Source: Euglena gracilis
Taxonomy: Eukaryota
Assembly: GCA_039621445.1 (NCBI GenBank)
Contig: CP154954.1
Coordinates: 17,762,589-17,826,588 of the forward strand
Length of the DNA stretch: 64,000 nucleotides
Reading direction: 5' to 3'
Shown: piece by piece, positions 34,333-46,538 of the stretch
Layout of the letters: each line of letters opens with the position of its first letter
Position numbering within the stretch: the stretch's first letter is position 1
Notes under the pieces: generated by a model
Told to the model about the DNA's origin: nothing
The model's database searches: none
The model's input: the letters and a program-made list of their open reading frames with translations, nothing else
Made by a program: the position numbers and the translations under genes

Positions 34333-37300
34333 TCAAAAATGATTCACAGAAATGTCTATGTTATTTCTTTTATTCCACAGCTTCCAGTCCTGTTGGACAT
34401 AACCAATAAAACTGGAGGCTGGCTCCCAGGTGTCCTCCTCTGGCCCATAGCCTTTCCACCTGGACTTCCAGTAGTGGACTCCTCGATCAATTTTGTGATC
34501 GAGAATTTTTTCCACCCCAAAATCATCCGTTTCGAGTAACTTGGAGCGGGGCTTGAAATAAAGGCACGGTAGTGCTTTGCCATTAGGCGGGGAAAGATAT
34601 GGCTTGAAATCATCCATGTGAACATCCTTGATCCCGTTGGGCAGTGCCACCCTATAGCGGCCACTGTTACCAACGCGTTCGTGGATTTCACAGGGTCCGA
34701 GCCAGAGGGGGTCTAGCTTGGAAGCCTGCACACGGATTCGGCTATTCCGAACCCATACGCGATCACCAGCACTATAGCCAGGTGATTTGAATTCTTGTAA
34801 AAATTTATTTCTCTTTTGAGAATGGATATCAGTAATGCGTTGCTGAACAGTAGTTCTGAGAGACTCTACCTCAGAGAACCATGTCTCACATGTTACGCTA
34901 CTTCGAGCTGGCCTCTCTGATGGTATGTCACCAAATGCTGGGGGGTCTCGCCCAAAACAATTTTATATGGGGAGTGCGGTAAAACTAAACCCGGTAGGGT
35001 GTTTATATAAAATAGGGACCATGGCAAAACCTGGACCCAGGCCTGGCGCGAGTCAGCCAGTGAAAGACGGAGCATATTTACAACAGCTTTCACTGCTGCC
35101 TCGGCGCGGCCATTGCCCTTCGGGCGATATATAATGGAAAAATGCTGCTCGATTCCCAGTAAACCACATAGGGTTGTGAACAATCGAGAGGAGATCAAAT
35201 GATCTTGATCACTGGGAATCTCGTTCGGTAAGCCCATTAGGCATATGCACTTCTCCATAAATATCTGCGCCAAAATGTGCGCGGTCAACCCTGCCTTTTG
35301 GCATGGAGTGTCTACTATGTAACCACTCAGCCTACAGACGACAATAAAAACATAATCGTAAATTTTGCCGTCTGATCCTTTGCAAGGTTCTAATTCCATA
35401 AAATACATGCAGAGGGACGTAAAAATGTCAGGGGGTACGGAGAAAAAGTCCAGCGTACCAGGGGGGGTACCACTGCGCGGTTTCACCGCTTGACAAATTT
35501 GGCACCGTTGAGAAATTTGCAAGCAGCGCGAATGCAAATCGTTTTCTTTCAAGGGTGTTACGCACCTGCGACCCACCAAAGAAAGAAGTTTGGGGGCCCC
35601 AAGGTGACCTTGGTTGTGATAACACAATATTACCATCAACCAAGTCACGGGGTATACAATATTTATATCCCGCATCATCGCGGTAAACCAACCGTAAAGG
35701 GGAAAAGGAATAATCATGTACAGTCTCGGCATTGCGCAGTCTGTGCACTATCGTGCTATATACAGGATCATGGGAATAATCCCATTCGCGAAAGAAAAGG
35801 GGGGAAGGAGATTCAGATCGCGTAATGCGACGGGGACCAGGCGTGCGGCCTCGCGGCCTTCTCCCCCGTATAGGAGAGACTGGCAATGAACGAAAAATCG
35901 ATGAAACGGGAAAAGAATCCAACATACCGTCGGCTGCGTCATATCGACGTGCCAATTCATCAGCCCCGTGGCTTCCCCGAAAGGTGGCATCACCTTCATC
36001 CGGGTTACCGGGGTAATACCTGGGTGCTCGACTGAGCGGGTCTGCTACTTTTTGTGTATGGCCAGGGGTATATACAACCACTAGGTTGAACTGGCTTAAA
36101 AATTCATGCCATCGGCATCTTCGGCCTACAGATGACATGGCATTGTTCAGATCCTCAGTACACCAGTGTTGAAGACTCTCATGGTCAGTCAACACCAGTA
36201 TTTGTACCAAGGAACTGGCAACCCAGCTACGGAATTTTTACAAAATAAGTACGATTGCGTACGTTTCTTTCTCACGGGTACTCCATTTGACTTGGCCTTT
36301 GCCATCTTCACCTTACAGCTTTCTACTGAAGAATGCTACAGGGCGTAATTCGTTAGCCGCGTTATGCTGGCTTAGAACTCCGCCCACAGCATAATCGCTG
36401 CTATCGACTTCTAGCACATAAGGCTTGTAGGGATCCGCGATGTCGAGTACGACATTTTCAAGCATTAGCTTTTTAATGCTCTCTAGAGCTTCACACATAT
36501 CTGCGTCCAATTTGATTTTTGTATTCTCAGGTGCGCGATTTTTGAGTTGCCTCGATAGAGGTACTGCGATTTTTGCGAAATCTTTCATGTAAATCGCGTA
36601 ATATTGCGCTAATCCCAAAAATCCTTTCCAATGCGTGATGGTCTTGATGACCTCAGGTGTCCATTTCTTAATGGCCTCCAGCTTACTAGGCGCCGCTCGG
36701 CGTTGGCCATTATTGAGATTGTGACCGCAAAACTTTATCGTTTCGCGAAATAAGTGCATTTTAGCACCTTTGACAAAAAGTCTGTGTTTGAGAAATGCAG
36801 CTAATACCGCGCGAACATCACGATAGTGAATGTCGAGAATATTCTCGTGTGTATTCGCTGAAGGAGGAGGGCAAAACATCATCAATGTATACCAGCGCAA
36901 ACGGGAAATCCCGTAAGACCCATTGAATCATGCGCAGAAACATTGCTTGTCCATTCTTAACACCCATTGGTAAAACCGTACACTGGTAAACACCTTTGGA
37001 TGTTACAAAAGCCGTATAGGCTTGCGAATCGGGATCCAGGTGCATTTGGTGGAAACCATCCTCCAGGTCTAAAATTGACCACAAGCCGTTATCCGCTTGT
37101 TTTGTGATAAGGTCCTCAATTAGAGGTAACGGGAATGGGTCATCCTTAGTCTGAGAATTTAATTACCGATAATCCAGTACTAGCCTCCACTTTTTCTGAC
37201 CTGATGGGTCTGGGGGCTTAGGAACCACAAAAGCTTGGGAGGTCCACTCACTTTTGGAAGGGATGATCCACTTCCGCTCTATGAGCTTTTCAATCATTTC

Positions 37301-39619
37301 ATTGAGAGCTATCTCTCTTTCTCCTGAACAACGGAAAAATTTCCGATGCATTGGCTTTGCACCTTCCTTAAGCTCAAACTTACAAACTCCAAAAGGTCCG
37401 CGAATAGGATAATAAACAGGATTTTACAAAACACCAGAAAATTCGCGACTGGTGCGCGTACAAAATTCTGCAGAATTGGGCTGCTGTCCTGCACTTTCAT
37501 TGACAGCGGAAACCTGTTGATGGGTCATATCGACCATAGGGGGTTCTGAACGGTGATGCCTATCGGCATTATGGATAAAAGCCGTATCGGCTCCCACGTA
37601 GTCAGTATGATCCAACACACTAACATTCAGGGGTGGAGATTGAGAAACATGGAAAGCATCAAAGAAACAAACACGGAAAATGATCTCTTGAAAAGGTGGT
37701 AATACCACACCACGGAAATCCTCGAATAGAGGAACATCGTTTGGTAGGTCCCACCACTAAAATGTGACATAAGTCAAATTTTGAAACCATTCCGCTCCAG
37801 GATTCACAGAAACAAGTAATGCGCCTCGCGCTTGATCCTGGAAAATCTTATCTACAACAAGTGGGATAAGTTTTAGGGGAAGATGCATCCATAGGATAGT
37901 GTCTCCCCAAAACTTATCAAAAGCGTTAGAATGTTGCGACCAATGTCGCGGTAATCGCGAATGCGCGTCGGAAGAGAATGCATCCATTTCTAAGGTCAAA
38001 TCAAATGAATCCGCCATATCGGCGATTTTTGAAAAACGATGCTTCAAAATTCGATATTGACCAAATTCAAAAGCATTCCAGGTATCGTTGGTGTACTTGG
38101 AGATCTGTTCAACACCTGAAGGGGGGGAACACGCTGTAACACAGAACAACGGAATTGTGAATCATCCACACACATGTCCATAGGACTGAATCCAGGTGAT
38201 GCATGGGTGGGTTGGGCATATAGCCAGTCATCGATGATGCGCGATAGCGCGGAATGCGCGGTATGCGCGGGATTCGCACTATGTGCTGCAAGCGCAATAT
38301 GCACGGGATTCGCACTATTTGCGGCAAGCGCGATATGTGCGGGGGTGGTGGAGAGCGCCATAGGCGCATAGGGAGCGCTATGCGCAAATCCGAAGAGGGA
38401 GGCTATGCCTTTGCACTGTAGTGCTTGATTCACTTTCGCGAATTGCGAAAAACTGCCAAGTGTATTTGTGGGCTGTGAATAACTACCAAGTGTACTGATG
38501 GGTGTATCACCCATGGTACCAAGGCTGTGTACCCTTTGGTTATCTATTAAATTCGTACAGGTGTATAGGTACCAGTACCAGTTGAAGGGGGAGAAAAATT
38601 CCCGGTTGCAGGATCCAATCGGATTAGTTTGGAAGTTTCAACTAGACATCCACAATCAAAATCATGGTAAGCAAAAAATCTCCGACAGTGAGCGCATTGG
38701 TAAGAGGGTTGCTGCATGTGGTGCACGTTTGTGTGGGTGTCAGTGCATAAGTTGGTGTCGGTTGGGGTAGCCGCTGGGCGGTGTACAGGGGTATCTGAAA
38801 TCGACACACCTGGTGGAAAACGTAAAAGTTGTGCAGCTGGGCGGCTACTCGACACCGAAATTTCCTTTGGGCTTTCGCCTGGGAACCCAGCGAAACGTGC
38901 GGGGTTAAGCTACTGGCTTTCCCTACTGTATGGGAAACGAGCGGTAAAAGTGCGGTGGGTAGGGGGGCAGATTTCTCTTTACCCCTAGGGTAGGAAACGG
39001 TGTTTTCGGTTGTGGAAAACGTTGTGGAAATGCGGGGGGACATCCCGGGGAAGGTCACAGAGAACAAGTTCGGGGGTGTGGTGTGTGTGCGGGGGGTAGT
39101 GCACAAACCGTGCGAAGGACAATCCACCACCAATCGGTGTTGCCGGAGGAACGGAAAACCGAGTATGACATCTGACCCGCCGATATTCGCCTCGAATGCC
39201 CAAGTACCCAGAAAAATTTGGAATTGTGTGGGGTGTGTGTGGTGCTTCGGGATAATGGGGAGGACTATGTCCAAAATGCATCCCAAGTCACCACCGCACA
39301 TGGGGCTGTTGTCAGCGGTCATAATATTGATGGGATTCTTGGCATTAACCAAGAGGGGGGTGGGTATAAGTCCTTTGCGGAAAAGAAGGGGGATTCGACA
39401 CCCTGTGTCGACTAAAATTTTGGCTTGTGCACAGAAATTTTGAGTTTTGATTTTCACTTGGACCAAAAGCTCCATGGGGGGTACGCAAAGCGAAGGGTCG
39501 GGTGTAAAATTGTTGTTGTGCCAACTGTTCCATGACCCTTGGCTTACGTTGCTCAACATTCCAAGCAGAAATTTGGCGCGGGCAGTGGTGGACCCGAAAA
39601 TTTTCCGGGTACCGACCAA
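34333..39619 (-). pseudogene. Pol of element A: protease, Dam-like MTase, RT, RNase H, integrase, chromodomain (degenerate)
   Basis: Protease LVDTGC. RT: WRLVLDYR, LDLEDGFHQ, LPMG, YIDD. RNase H: VDSSDYAVGGVL, TDHESL. Integrase: HNQGH..CQIC, SDQD, GRAE. Chromodomain: VEKILDH..WKGYGPEEDTWEP. Confidence 0.92.
37650..38070 (-). pseudogene. Dam-like N6-adenine DNA methyltransferase domain between protease and RT of element A
   Basis: QYRI..F..LEMDAFSSDAHSRLPRHW..NAFDKFW..LWMHLP..IPLVVDKIFQDQARGALLV..WF..*WWDLP..PLF..LPP. This is collinear with the DIRS MTase at ~3200-3620. Confidence 0.75.
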
Positions 39620-42600
39620 AAGGCCGACGGGCAGGGGGGGCAGTGGTAATCAGTTCCTACCTCCATCTGTTCATCAGCCCAGAGGTCCGTGCCCTCAGAC
39701 CTCGGGCTCCCGTACTCCATATTGGAGTCGGCCTTTTGGCCTATGGTGGACTTCCTAGAATACATTGCGTGTATCCCGCGAATGACATTACTATCTTCCA
39801 CCAGCTCATCCTCGGTGCTCTCATCCCCCTCCGTGCCCAAAGCCAGGTCTTTCTCCTTGATAGAGGATATTTTGAAACCAACCCGCTGCCTATTGGCAGA
39901 ACCGCGATTGGAATCGCGACGACCATGGCCAGGGCGGGGAGAGCGGGAACGGGGGCACTTGGATGAATGGTGGTCTTTAGACCCACAAAGGGAACAACGG
40001 TTTCGCGAATGCGATTGCCTTTTGGCATCATACCGACGCGGGGAGCGGTTATCCGCTCGACCGCGGTCGGATCGCGAAGAGGATGACCCACTTCGCGACC
40101 GAGATCGCGAAGAATCGCGACTGGCGTCCCGATTCCGGGTAGGGGGGCGGGGGGACCGACCACGCTGTATAAAACCACGTCCGCTATTGCGGTGGGGTGA
40201 ACGGGAACGCGGTCCTATATCACCCGATCGGTATCCCGACCGCTGTGAATGCGCAGATCGTGAGGAACGCGAACTCCAGGAAGAGAGGGATCCTCGGGGG
40301 CTCTTACTGCGCTTTCGCGCTTGGGGGTTCGGACATTCGCGAGACATGTGTCCCGGTTGGTTACACAAAAAGCACACTTCGTCCGAAACTTGGTCAGAAG
40401 AGCGCGAATAGCGCGGTTTGGATTCCCGTGTCGGGGATTTGGGGTTTGAGCGCGGATAGCGATTGGAATCACTCGATGGTGATTTTGGTGATTTTGGGGA
40501 GGTAGTCCTTTGGACTGCATGGACTGAACCGGTGGGTACACCCGCGGTAGGGTGGTGGTTATATGCCGCTTCAATCTGTCCCAGAAGTTGTGCTAACTTC
40601 ATTTGTTTGGAAATATAATTCCATCTCTCATCAAGAGTCAAAACGTGTCCCGCGAGTTCCTCGCGGTGAGTTTCTTTGATGAGTTTGGTAGCGCAGTAAT
40701 ACCGCATCAAATTGTTCTTTGATTTGCTTTTCCCCTAACTCATCAACCTCGGCTGCTAATGCAAGCCACTTGGAGTACCATAAGTCTATCGACTTCCATT
40801 TGCGGTCCGGGGGGGTGAATTGCCGCCATTTGTTTTCCAGACTGATTCTGGAAACCAAACTGGAGCATGAGGAAGCGTATTGCTCAACCGATTCTTCAAA
40901 AGAATGCGCCTGCCAATGACCAATTGTCTGGCGCGTTCTTTTTCATCCCTGGGGAGGCAATCGATGAATACCATCTTGATCACCTCGGGCTTGTCATCTT
41001 GGGTGGGTCCCTTCAAATCCCAATAATATTCCCAATCGCGGAAAAATTGTTTCCATGTGGTAGGGTCACCGTCCCATTGGGGCTTCACCTTGTTCGCCAT
41101 CGCGATGGTGCCTTTGAAATCCTTCTGAGAAACCCGTGGCCCTTCGGTGGTATTCCAGGGGTGTGGGCCCGGGCGCGAAATCGCACAATGTGCAGGTACA
41201 CCGGTGGTTGCACCAAGGGTATTGTTCGGGTTATTTTGCGAATGTGCATGGAACATACCACTTAGTGTACATAGGTACCATGCACATTTAGGGAGTCGCG
41301 ATTGCGCGATTGGTGATGCGGTTGCGCATGTGGGGGTGAGGTATCACATGGTTGCACCATTGGTGCTACTAAGCGAATTTGGGAGGTATGATCAATACCC
41401 GGTGTGGGGGTGCGGATCATACCACGAATTAGTTCGGATTCCCAAAACTCTTGATTTAAGAGGGGGGTGGGTCTGGTTTTTGCTTGAAAACTCGACTCAT
41501 CATCCGAAAACTCGTCCATTGGGACTGGTAATGCTAGTGGGGGAACCACCACATGAGTGGAAACGCGATTTGGTGGCAATGTGCCTGTGGACTCAGGAAT
41601 TGGTGCGCGAATAGCGCTTTTGGAGCTTGAAGATGCGGCAAGTGTGCCTACCATACCCGATTGCGGGTTTTGGTGGATGGAACGCAATTGTGCGTGAATT
41701 TGGTCCAACGTTGTTGCAAATTCATGCACACTTTGCTCCAGATGGTCAACAACTTGCCAATTTTCGGTTATCCGACCCACATCCTCCTGCAAACGCTTAA
41801 TCCGCCTACGGTATGCGGGTAGCTCGTCCAAAAGCGGGATTTTGTCAGAAATTGACTCAAAATCGTGCGAAATTGCACCAAAACCAGTGTCCAATTCCTG
41901 TACTCTTGTCACCAAAGTGCGCATCGCACTGGAAATGGCCTCCAATTGTGGAGTTGGCTTGGTGGCCGGATGCGGACTTTTGACTTTTTCAGCCATTGGC
42001 TGTTCCATCAAGACAGAAACTTGCGCAGATAGCGCGGTAATGTCATTTTGCAGTTTTGTGACATCCTGTTTCACCGTTTTCTCGGTGTTCATAAGACTGT
42101 CACAAAATCCTTGCATGATTTGGTGATTTTCTGCGCGCATTTCAGCGCAAATCTTGTCCAAGTGTGTTTTTGGGAGCGTGGGGGTAGGTGTTGGTAACAG
42201 CAATGTGCCTTGAGGTGGTGATTGCACCTGAAGCATTTTTGTTCTCATTTCTTGCATGCGTTTGTGCAAATCCGCTATCGCGGTTAGAATGCCGGTAACA
42301 TCCGGGATCCTACCAGCTACTTCTGCATAGCGGGCATGCAACTTAGCCAATGAGGCTTCAATGTTACCAACATCCTGTTGTAACTGTTTGTGCAAATCGG
42401 ACATGGTGGCCTTAAGTCCGCTAATATCTGATGTTGGTGCCCGGGTTGCCGCACTGCGGTTCTGCAAATCCGCAATAGCGGTTCGGAATTCCATTGTGTC
42501 ATTCTGCCACTGTTGTTGCAAATTCTCAATCCTACTCGCGATATTCGCGATTTGGGTGTGAAAACTTGCAATTTCAGCAGGAATTTCACCACAATGGCAA

Positions 42601-43815
42601 GATTTCTGCTCCAATCGAGAAAGTATTTCCTCCAATTGTTGCACATACGTGCGGGGGGCAAAACTTTCATTGGCTTGGGCAGAAAAGTGGGCAAATTTCG
42701 CGGAATCACCGCTCAACTGGAAAATGCGCTGTTGCGCTTCCTGAAATGCGGTTGCAAGTGTGGAGAATTGCTCCATTGTAATAAGTTGTCCCAAATCGGG
42801 ATTTTTGAAGGGGGTTCATGCAATTTTTGCTGCAATTGTCGAAAAATTGCCGTAATTGGCTCCAATTGATGGGACAAAGCTTGCAAACTATGTTGCATGT
42901 TGGAGAAAATCGCATCATTGCGGGATTGTGTTTCACACATGGCTTCACTCACCTTTTGGAAGTGTTGTGGCAAATATGCCTGCAAATGTGTGTCTAAACC
43001 TTGCCGCAAAGTTGCTAGGTCCACATTGGTGGATTGAAAGTTTGTTTGGCAATATTGACCACATCACGCACATAACTCCAAAGGTAATTGAGCTTGTGTT
43101 CTACAACCTTTTGGTTGTTCTCATCAAAATCCAAAACCTTGTTAAGTGTCATAGCGCAATCCGCCACACAAGTGTGGACATGTGAAATTTGCCGCGTTAG
43201 CGGGTGGTCCACTGGAAGATTTGCGACTATGCGCTGAATCACGGTGATGGGTTTAGGCGAAATATTTTCCAACTCTTCCGCATCACTGCTCATGGACTCT
43301 GTGGGACTTGTATAAGCCGGGACTGTCAAACGCATCACCGGATGCCATGGCAATGCCGGAAAAGTGCCCGTATCGGGTGGTGCGGGCAATTGTCCAATCG
43401 GACTTGTGGGGGGAAGCATAGGGGGGGGGCTGAAAGAAACATGGTGTTTCTAACCCACCCTCAACAAAAATTTGCCTTGGCGTATCCGCCTCAGAGTCAA
43501 ATGTGCCTATCGGCACCAGTGCGAGATCTCGCTGGGGGGAATGGGTGTTAGCCGATCGGCTTTCCAACAAAAGGGTTGTGCCTGTTGGGCATGGGGTTGC
43601 TCTATAGAGCTTGACACCGATAGGGGAGGATTACTCAACACAGACACCGATAGGTGTGACACACGCAGGGAAGGAGGATTATTGGAATGTATCAATGCTT
43701 GATTACCCCTATGGGGTTGTGAATGCTCAATAGAGCTGGTCGAAGGTGCTGCATGTTCAAGTCCACAAAGTGAACCAATCAATGCAGCGTAGTCGATGGA
43801 AGTTGTGCTCTGCAT
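39553..43815 (-). pseudogene. Gag of element A (coiled coil, capsid-like region, two CCHC knuckles, RS-rich), frameshifted
   Basis: PQWDGDPTTWKQFFRDW; CFLCNQPGHMSREC; CSLCGSKDHHSSKC. Collinear with the gag of element C. Confidence 0.88.
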
Positions 43816-44050
43816 TTTTAAGGCAAAAATTCAAAAACCAAGAGTAGATTGTGGACTAAAATACAGGAACAAGTGCAAAAAAGAGGGGATAGTATAAAAA
43901 GTCAGCAGAGACCCAAACTCTGAGGTTTGAAGCAGCGTATACTGCGAACCGTCAGAGGACGTGTCCGTGCGTACGGCTTTGGGCGTAAACGGCTTGTAGT
44001 GCCTGTAGTCGCCTATAAGCGGGGCACCTCACGACCGTTTGCGGTCAAAA

Positions 44051-44076
44051 GGATCGAAAAACCTAAACTGCTACCA
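44051..44076 (-). promoter_or_regulatory. Primer binding site of element A (initiator tRNA-Met-like)
   Basis: The plus strand reads GGATCGAAAAACCTAAACTGCTACCA, resembling the T-loop to CCA end of eukaryotic tRNAi-Met. Confidence 0.75.
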
Positions 44077-44518
44077 AGTGTACGTCCTACCTTATCGCTT
44101 TCGCCCTTTGGTGCGCAGAAAAGGATATAAGTAGGCGTAACAAGAAAAAATATAAAATAAATATAAAAGTTGTTTTGCCCTTTTCCCCAATTAAGAGGCA
44201 GAGCACAAGACAGGGGAGAAGCCCTATGGGCTACGGAAATAGATGCCAAGTTCTTGGCTGTCCTTTCAGGACTTCAAATCAGAAAAATCAAACTTGAAAA
44301 CTCAAGTCCTGAATCAAAGACCAGAATGGAATAAAAAAGAAAATACCACCTGTGGAGAGGAGAACCAGAAATACGCTTAGGTATTCCTAATTCAGGCCGT
44401 TGGCCATCTGTAGGAATAGCACCTAGCGTAGTACTGTGTATGGGTCACAGAGCTATATCTGGCCGTAGGCTTATACCTACATACACAGTACCATGGCCTT
44501 ACGGCTACCTGGTACACA
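44077..44518 (-). repeat. 5' LTR of element A
   Basis: Direct repeat of 13507-13946. Confidence 0.93.
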
Positions 44519-44784
44519 CTGAGCCCTAATTCAATCAGGCAGATCCTAATTCACAGAAAAAATGATGGTGCTGTCTGTAGGTGGCTGTCAACATACACTG
44601 TTCACTCCGTTGTCTGGGATTACTTTCCTGAGTTTGGATTTGTTTGTTTTTGTCTGCGGCGCAGGTTTATTTCAAGTTTGGTCATTGCTGCTGGAAGTGG
44701 GATTTTGGGAAAGAGATTTCAGTGAAAGGGATGTCAAGTAAAGGAAGGGGCTCCAGAAGTCAGGTCCGTGGTAAGGGGACCTCG

Positions 44785-45120
44785 GACTTTCACGGTGATC
44801 TGGCTGTGCCACCTCTTCACTCCTCCACTCCTCTCTCCTTCACTCCTCGCGTTGAACACCAGGAGGACGTCCGCCTCGTTGCTGCCGCCCGCCAGCAGGT
44901 CGCCGTTCACGGTCCGTAGCAGCAGTGGTCGCTCGCTACGGCGGAAACATCCGCTCGGGAACAAGTCCTGACGGATCAGCGATGTCTGCGCCCCCGTGTC
45001 GATGAGGGCCTTCGCCTTCTCCTCCCGGCCGTCGATCTCGATGACCACATCCAGCATCAGCTGGTAGCTGCCGCCCCGCCTCTCCGTGCGGCCAACCGGG
45101 AAGGGCCAGCTGGGGCGGTA
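44785..45120 (-). pseudogene. Aspartic protease of element D (truncated)
   Basis: QLMLDVVIE..KALIDTGAQTSL..PLLLRTVNG, homologous to the B protease. Confidence 0.85.
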
Positions 45121-45404
45121 CTGCCACGGCAAGACGGTGACCTTGTGGACCTTCCGCGAGGGGTGGGCTCGTCGGCGGCGGTGGTGACGGACTCGGTGGC
45201 TGCATCGTTGGGCGGCTCGGCGGGGGTGCAGGATGCTTGGCGGGTGCACGATGGTCGTCGTTGGCGCGGAGCTCGGGACAGCGCCGCTGCTGGCGGGGAA
45301 GCGCCGTCCGGCTTGGTGGCGTGAGGGCGGACGAGGGTGCGGGTGACGGCGACGGAGGTATCACGCTGGGTGGCACGGCTGCTTGGTGGGTTGGTGGGGT
45401 GCGC

Positions 45405-46010
45405 TCACACAGGTATCGGGACGACACCTGCTGGAATGCGATACGCCTGCTCTCGGGTGCCGCGCTGCTTGGATGCCACACCCAGCTGCCGTCGGTGATG
45501 TCTCCGTCCATCTTGCTCCTCCACGATGTTCTAGCACTGGCCGTCGCACACGATGTCCTGCATGGGGGCCATGGAGTCCGCGATCCAGAAGCGTGTGGGC
45601 TTGCGATAGCCCCACGCCTCGAACATGCAGTAGTCCACATCGACATACTGCATGTCCTCGACGACCTTGCTGTGGCGGAGTTTCCCATATCCGGGATTCT
45701 CCTGCCGCCACAGGGACGGCCGCAGGTATGCGATGATCTCCTTCATCTTGCGGACCAGGAAGTCGGCCTTCCGCAGCCACCGCCTCCTGGTCGTCATCAC
45801 GCTGGAGTACTCGGTGGACGGCGGCGAGGCGGCGACCAGCTCGAAGTCGCCGGGCCAGTACTCCTCCCAGTACAGCCAGCGCGGCACGTCCACCGTCTTG
45901 TTCGCCTTCCACCGCGGGTCGGCGTCCACCGAGACGACGGAGTAGCCGAGCTTCTCCAGCGCCCGCTTCACCGAACCCGTTCTGGGGAACAGGTCCAGGT
46001 CCACCTCTGC
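45405..46010 (-). pseudogene. C5-cytosine DNA methyltransferase domain of element D
   Basis: LDLFPRTGS, VSVD, FELVAASPPSTEYS (Cys>Ser), WRQENP, VDYCMF, YRKPTRFW; in-frame TAG at ~45531; YRIP. Confidence 0.85.
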
Positions 46011-46538
46011 GGCGATCAGGTTGGCGGTGACGATGCAGCCGGCTTCGGTGCCGCCCGTGAGGACGGTGCGCTCTGCGGGGGAACGGTGCGCTGGTTGCTG
46101 CGGGTGCGGAGCGTGGTGCCGCTGACGGCGCTGCTGATGGCGGGGGCAGCGTCGTCCGCCTTGGTGCGGACTGGCGCGGTGCTCTCTCCTGCTGCTGCCG
46201 AGCTGGGGGCATCGCGGTGGCAAGATGCTGCGTAGACGATGACACGGGCGCTGCTGGCTTGGCGGGCGGCGCGCAGACGAGACCGGTCGCGCCGCAGATG
46301 TTTGCTCGGAACGACGGGACTTATTCTGTAGCGCGGACCAGTAGTTGTTTGTTGAAATCTCATGGGCCCCGCCTTGACCGTGAGCTTCCGGGCACGGTCT
46401 CTCCCCTCCCTTGGAGATTTGGGGCTTGCTGGGTCTGGGGGGCGTGCGGAGTCCTTTGGTGATTGCCCGCACGCTCACGCTGGCGTTGGGATTTGACGGC
46501 CGGCCCAGACCCCAATCCCTGGGGCCTGGGCGGCCCTT

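Larger units (their letters stand above)
13507..44518 (-). mobile_element. Ty3/Gypsy chromodomain LTR retrotransposon 'A' (~17.4 kb excluding nested element B), degenerate
   Basis: ~440-bp LTR pair, 5-bp TSD CTGAG (13502-13506 / 44519-44523), PBS, PPT, and gag-PR-RT-RH-IN-chromodomain order. Confidence 0.93.
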
